A stretch of DNA of 36,063 nt from IMG/VR virus record IMGVR_UViG_3300036942_000109, positions 1 through 36,063 of that record; one strand, written 5' to 3'. Each line of letters begins with the position of its first letter. Position 1 is the first letter of the stretch. The notes under the pieces are model-generated. The model had not been told where the DNA came from and did not search any database. It saw only the letters and a list, made by a program, of their open reading frames with translations. The translations under genes and the position numbers were made by a program. Shown here piece after piece: positions 34,422 to 36,063 of this stretch. The stretch is from a virus (Duplodnaviria > Caudoviricetes).

Positions 34422-34806
34422 GTTTTCTCTGCCTGTGTACTATACCAAAAAAACTAGAAAAGGGTATAAAACTTTTCTGGTTGGTCTTAACTGGTATAGG
34501 AACGCACACTATCAAGAAGCTAACAAGGTTAAAAAGTACTATCACGAGCTCATAAAATCAATTCTAAGCCCTTACAACGGAGATAAACTAACAAAGTATA
34601 GGATAAAGTACAAATTGTTCTACAAGAACAGTATAAGTGATTTGAACAACTATGTTGTTATAGATAAGTTTTTGAATGACGCTTTGAAAGAAATTAGAAT
34701 GATAGAAGACGATAATGTAAATTATCTGAAAAAAATAAGTCTTGAAGTAGCTGAACAAGATAAAGAAAACCCTAGATTAGAAATAGAATTGGAGGAGATT
34801 GAATGA
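34411..34806 (+). CDS. RusA-like Holliday junction resolvase
   Basis: DLNN...KFLNDAL...IEDDN...NPRLEIEL. Confidence 0.8.
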   Translation: MSYKFSLPVYYTKKTRKGYKTFLVGLNWYRNAHYQEANKVKKYYHELIKSILSPYNGDKLTKYRIKYKLFYKNSISDLNNYVVIDKFLNDALKEIRMIEDDNVNYLKKISLEVAEQDKENPRLEIELEEIE

Positions 34807-35321
34807 GTGGATTTTTAGACGTTTTCAAAAAACCTTATTACAAAGAAGAAAAAATAAAAATATTAGAAGAAATCGGATTTGAAGTTAATGAAGCTATGAG
34901 AATGAAAATAATATATGAAGATATGATTTTGAAAGCTTACAAGTGTAGCCAGGGAGTTCTCACAATCGGGATAGGTTGCACTACATACGAGGACGGCTCA
35001 AAGGTTAAAGAAGGAGATGTTATAAGCTTGAAAAGAGCTATTGAATTATTTGAGTTTCATTATCATAAAGCTTGTGAGTCTTTGAATTATCTATTTTACT
35101 TTGACGAGTTAGAGTATATGGGAGAAGTTAGAAAAAATGTATTAATAGACCTTGTTTTTAACATGGGACTTGCAGGAGTTAAGAAGTTCCCTAAGATGTT
35201 GAAAGCTTTGAGGGAAGGCGACTGGGAAGAAGCAGGAGAACAGCTTAAGGATAGCTTATATTACAAACAAGTAGGACAAAGGGCTGTTGATAATGTGCAG
35301 AGATTGAAAGAGGGGCATTAA
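34803..35321 (+). CDS. Endolysin, GH24/T4-type lysozyme
   Basis: E-x8-C-x5-T triad (YEDMILKAYKCSQGVLTIGIG); FNMG...FPKML...S.YYKQVGQRA. Confidence 0.88.
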   Translation: MSGFLDVFKKPYYKEEKIKILEEIGFEVNEAMRMKIIYEDMILKAYKCSQGVLTIGIGCTTYEDGSKVKEGDVISLKRAIELFEFHYHKACESLNYLFYFDELEYMGEVRKNVLIDLVFNMGLAGVKKFPKMLKALREGDWEEAGEQLKDSLYYKQVGQRAVDNVQRLKEGH

Positions 35322-35330
35322 GCCCCTTTT
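35307..35330. terminator. Bidirectional terminator between convergent operons
   Basis: AGGGGC/GCCCCT stem flanked by A- and T-runs. Confidence 0.75.
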
Positions 35331-35451
35331 ATAATTGTTCTAATATTTTTTTAGCTTCAATCTTATATTCTTCGCTTTTCACATCTTCTAGTTTTAATTC
35401 GTCGTCTCTTATTTTTCTAACAAGTATACTCAACAATATTTTATTAATCAT
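35329..35451 (-). CDS. 40-aa peptide ending the tail operon (not in ORF track)
   Basis: MINKILLSILVRKIRDDELKLEDVKSEEYKIEAKKIL; ATGA coupling to the upstream gene. Confidence 0.6.
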   Translation of the reverse strand: MINKILLSILVRKIRDDELKLEDVKSEEYKIEAKKILEQL

Positions 35452-35738
35452 ATCACACCACCTTGAGCTAATGCCAACTCTTCCATTTGTACTAGTCTTT
35501 CTTTCAGCAAATCATTTTCTGATTTTTCAGCGAGAACAAACCAACTTTCGTTGTTATACACAATATTTTGCACAAGTTTCATATTGTAATACACTTGAGT
35601 TATTTCCTCATCTATAATTTCAACTCTTTCTAAGTTGTTCTCAAATATAGAAGAATCAATTATTTTTTTTGAAATATAGTTGTTTCCATTAAGTGTTAAA
35701 TTTTCTATAACTTGACCATCTTGTAATTTTATTTTCAT
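35448..35738 (-). CDS. Tail-fibre-associated protein
   Basis: AGGAGG RBS; directly follows the receptor-binding gene. Confidence 0.7.
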   Translation of the reverse strand: MKIKLQDGQVIENLTLNGNNYISKKIIDSSIFENNLERVEIIDEEITQVYYNMKLVQNIVYNNESWFVLAEKSENDLLKERLVQMEELALAQGGVI

Positions 35739-36063
35739 ATTTTACCTCCTTAGTATATGGAGAAAGCAGGGCGAACACCAGGAGCACTAGACGCAATGCT
35801 AGCATCCACATAGCCATAACTGTTCACATAAGCGAAATGAGAGGCGGTGGCAACGTCTCTAAGCCAGAAAGCTTGACGATTAGATATTAGGTCAGGTCTG
35901 AAGACAAACAAAGGTAATTGACTCTTCCCAAGCCCAACATTGTATCCACTACCGCCCCCGAGGTTGCTATCCCCAAAGACATTTGAACCATAGAGCATAT
36001 TTTCACACATTAATTCTACTTCACTATCATACCAAGCCCAGCCACTTGATTTGCCATTTGCGG
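35639..36063. repeat. Terminal direct repeat, copy 2
   Basis: Offset 35,638 from copy 1; 120 bp identical, then diverged. Confidence 0.95.
35750..36061 (-). CDS. 3' part of a second allele of the receptor-binding protein, cut by the window edge
   Basis: Frame is open to the window end (ANGKSSGWAWYDSEVELMCEN...GVRPAFSIY) and colinear with 112-423. Confidence 0.85.
   Translation of the reverse strand, partial: ANGKSSGWAWYDSEVELMCENMLYGSNVFGDSNLGGGSGYNVGLGKSQLPLFVFRPDLISNRQAFWLRDVATASHFAYVNSYGYVDASIASSAPGVRPAFSIY

Noticed and set aside
30496-34545. Minus-strand track ORFs within the rightward operon
   Set aside because: Antisense shadows of Gp157, tubulin, tnpB and downstream genes.
35750-35860. 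Second fibre-tip copy as a DGR template repeat
   Set aside because: Many differing positions are not A in either copy (e.g. GGT/TAT, CTT/GAT), and the copy is part of a continuous coding allele.
1-36063. Reverse transcriptase, integrase, DNA polymerase, CRISPR array, tRNA or rRNA
   Set aside because: No such motifs or repeat-spacer periodicity were recognised by eye; HMM and tRNAscan runs would be needed to exclude divergent cases.

Overview
This window is an essentially complete, AT-rich siphovirus-type phage genome. Positions 1-120 recur exactly at 35639-35758, implying a circular unit of about 35,638 bp. The minus strand carries terS/terL/portal, head, neck, tail, tape measure and receptor-binding genes, a replication block (initiator plus T7-type primase-helicase) and a holin cluster. 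The plus strand carries a recombination/early operon (ERF, Gp157, SSB, a tubulin/FtsZ-family GTPase, MazG-like, RusA-like, lysozyme). I found no integrase, but there is a plasmid-type RepA_N initiator with 22-bp iterons and a tubulin, which suggests a phage-plasmid (inference). Features missed by the ORF track are: (1) a 308-nt group I intron splitting a PAPS-reductase-like gene; (2) a 1,425-bp tnpB-only IS200/IS605 element inserted after TTGAT in an 83-codon gene; (3) an approximately 60-nt counter-oriented sRNA complementary to the leader of the early operon 4 kb away; (4) a second approximately 150-nt structured RNA; (5) a 16-bp palindromic operator at four late promoters; (6) two alleles of the receptor-binding C-terminus with a DGR-like divergence pattern but no RT or template repeat; (7) a PagP-like outer-membrane barrel, which hints at a low-GC diderm host. 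All family calls come from motif recognition by eye; no searches were run.
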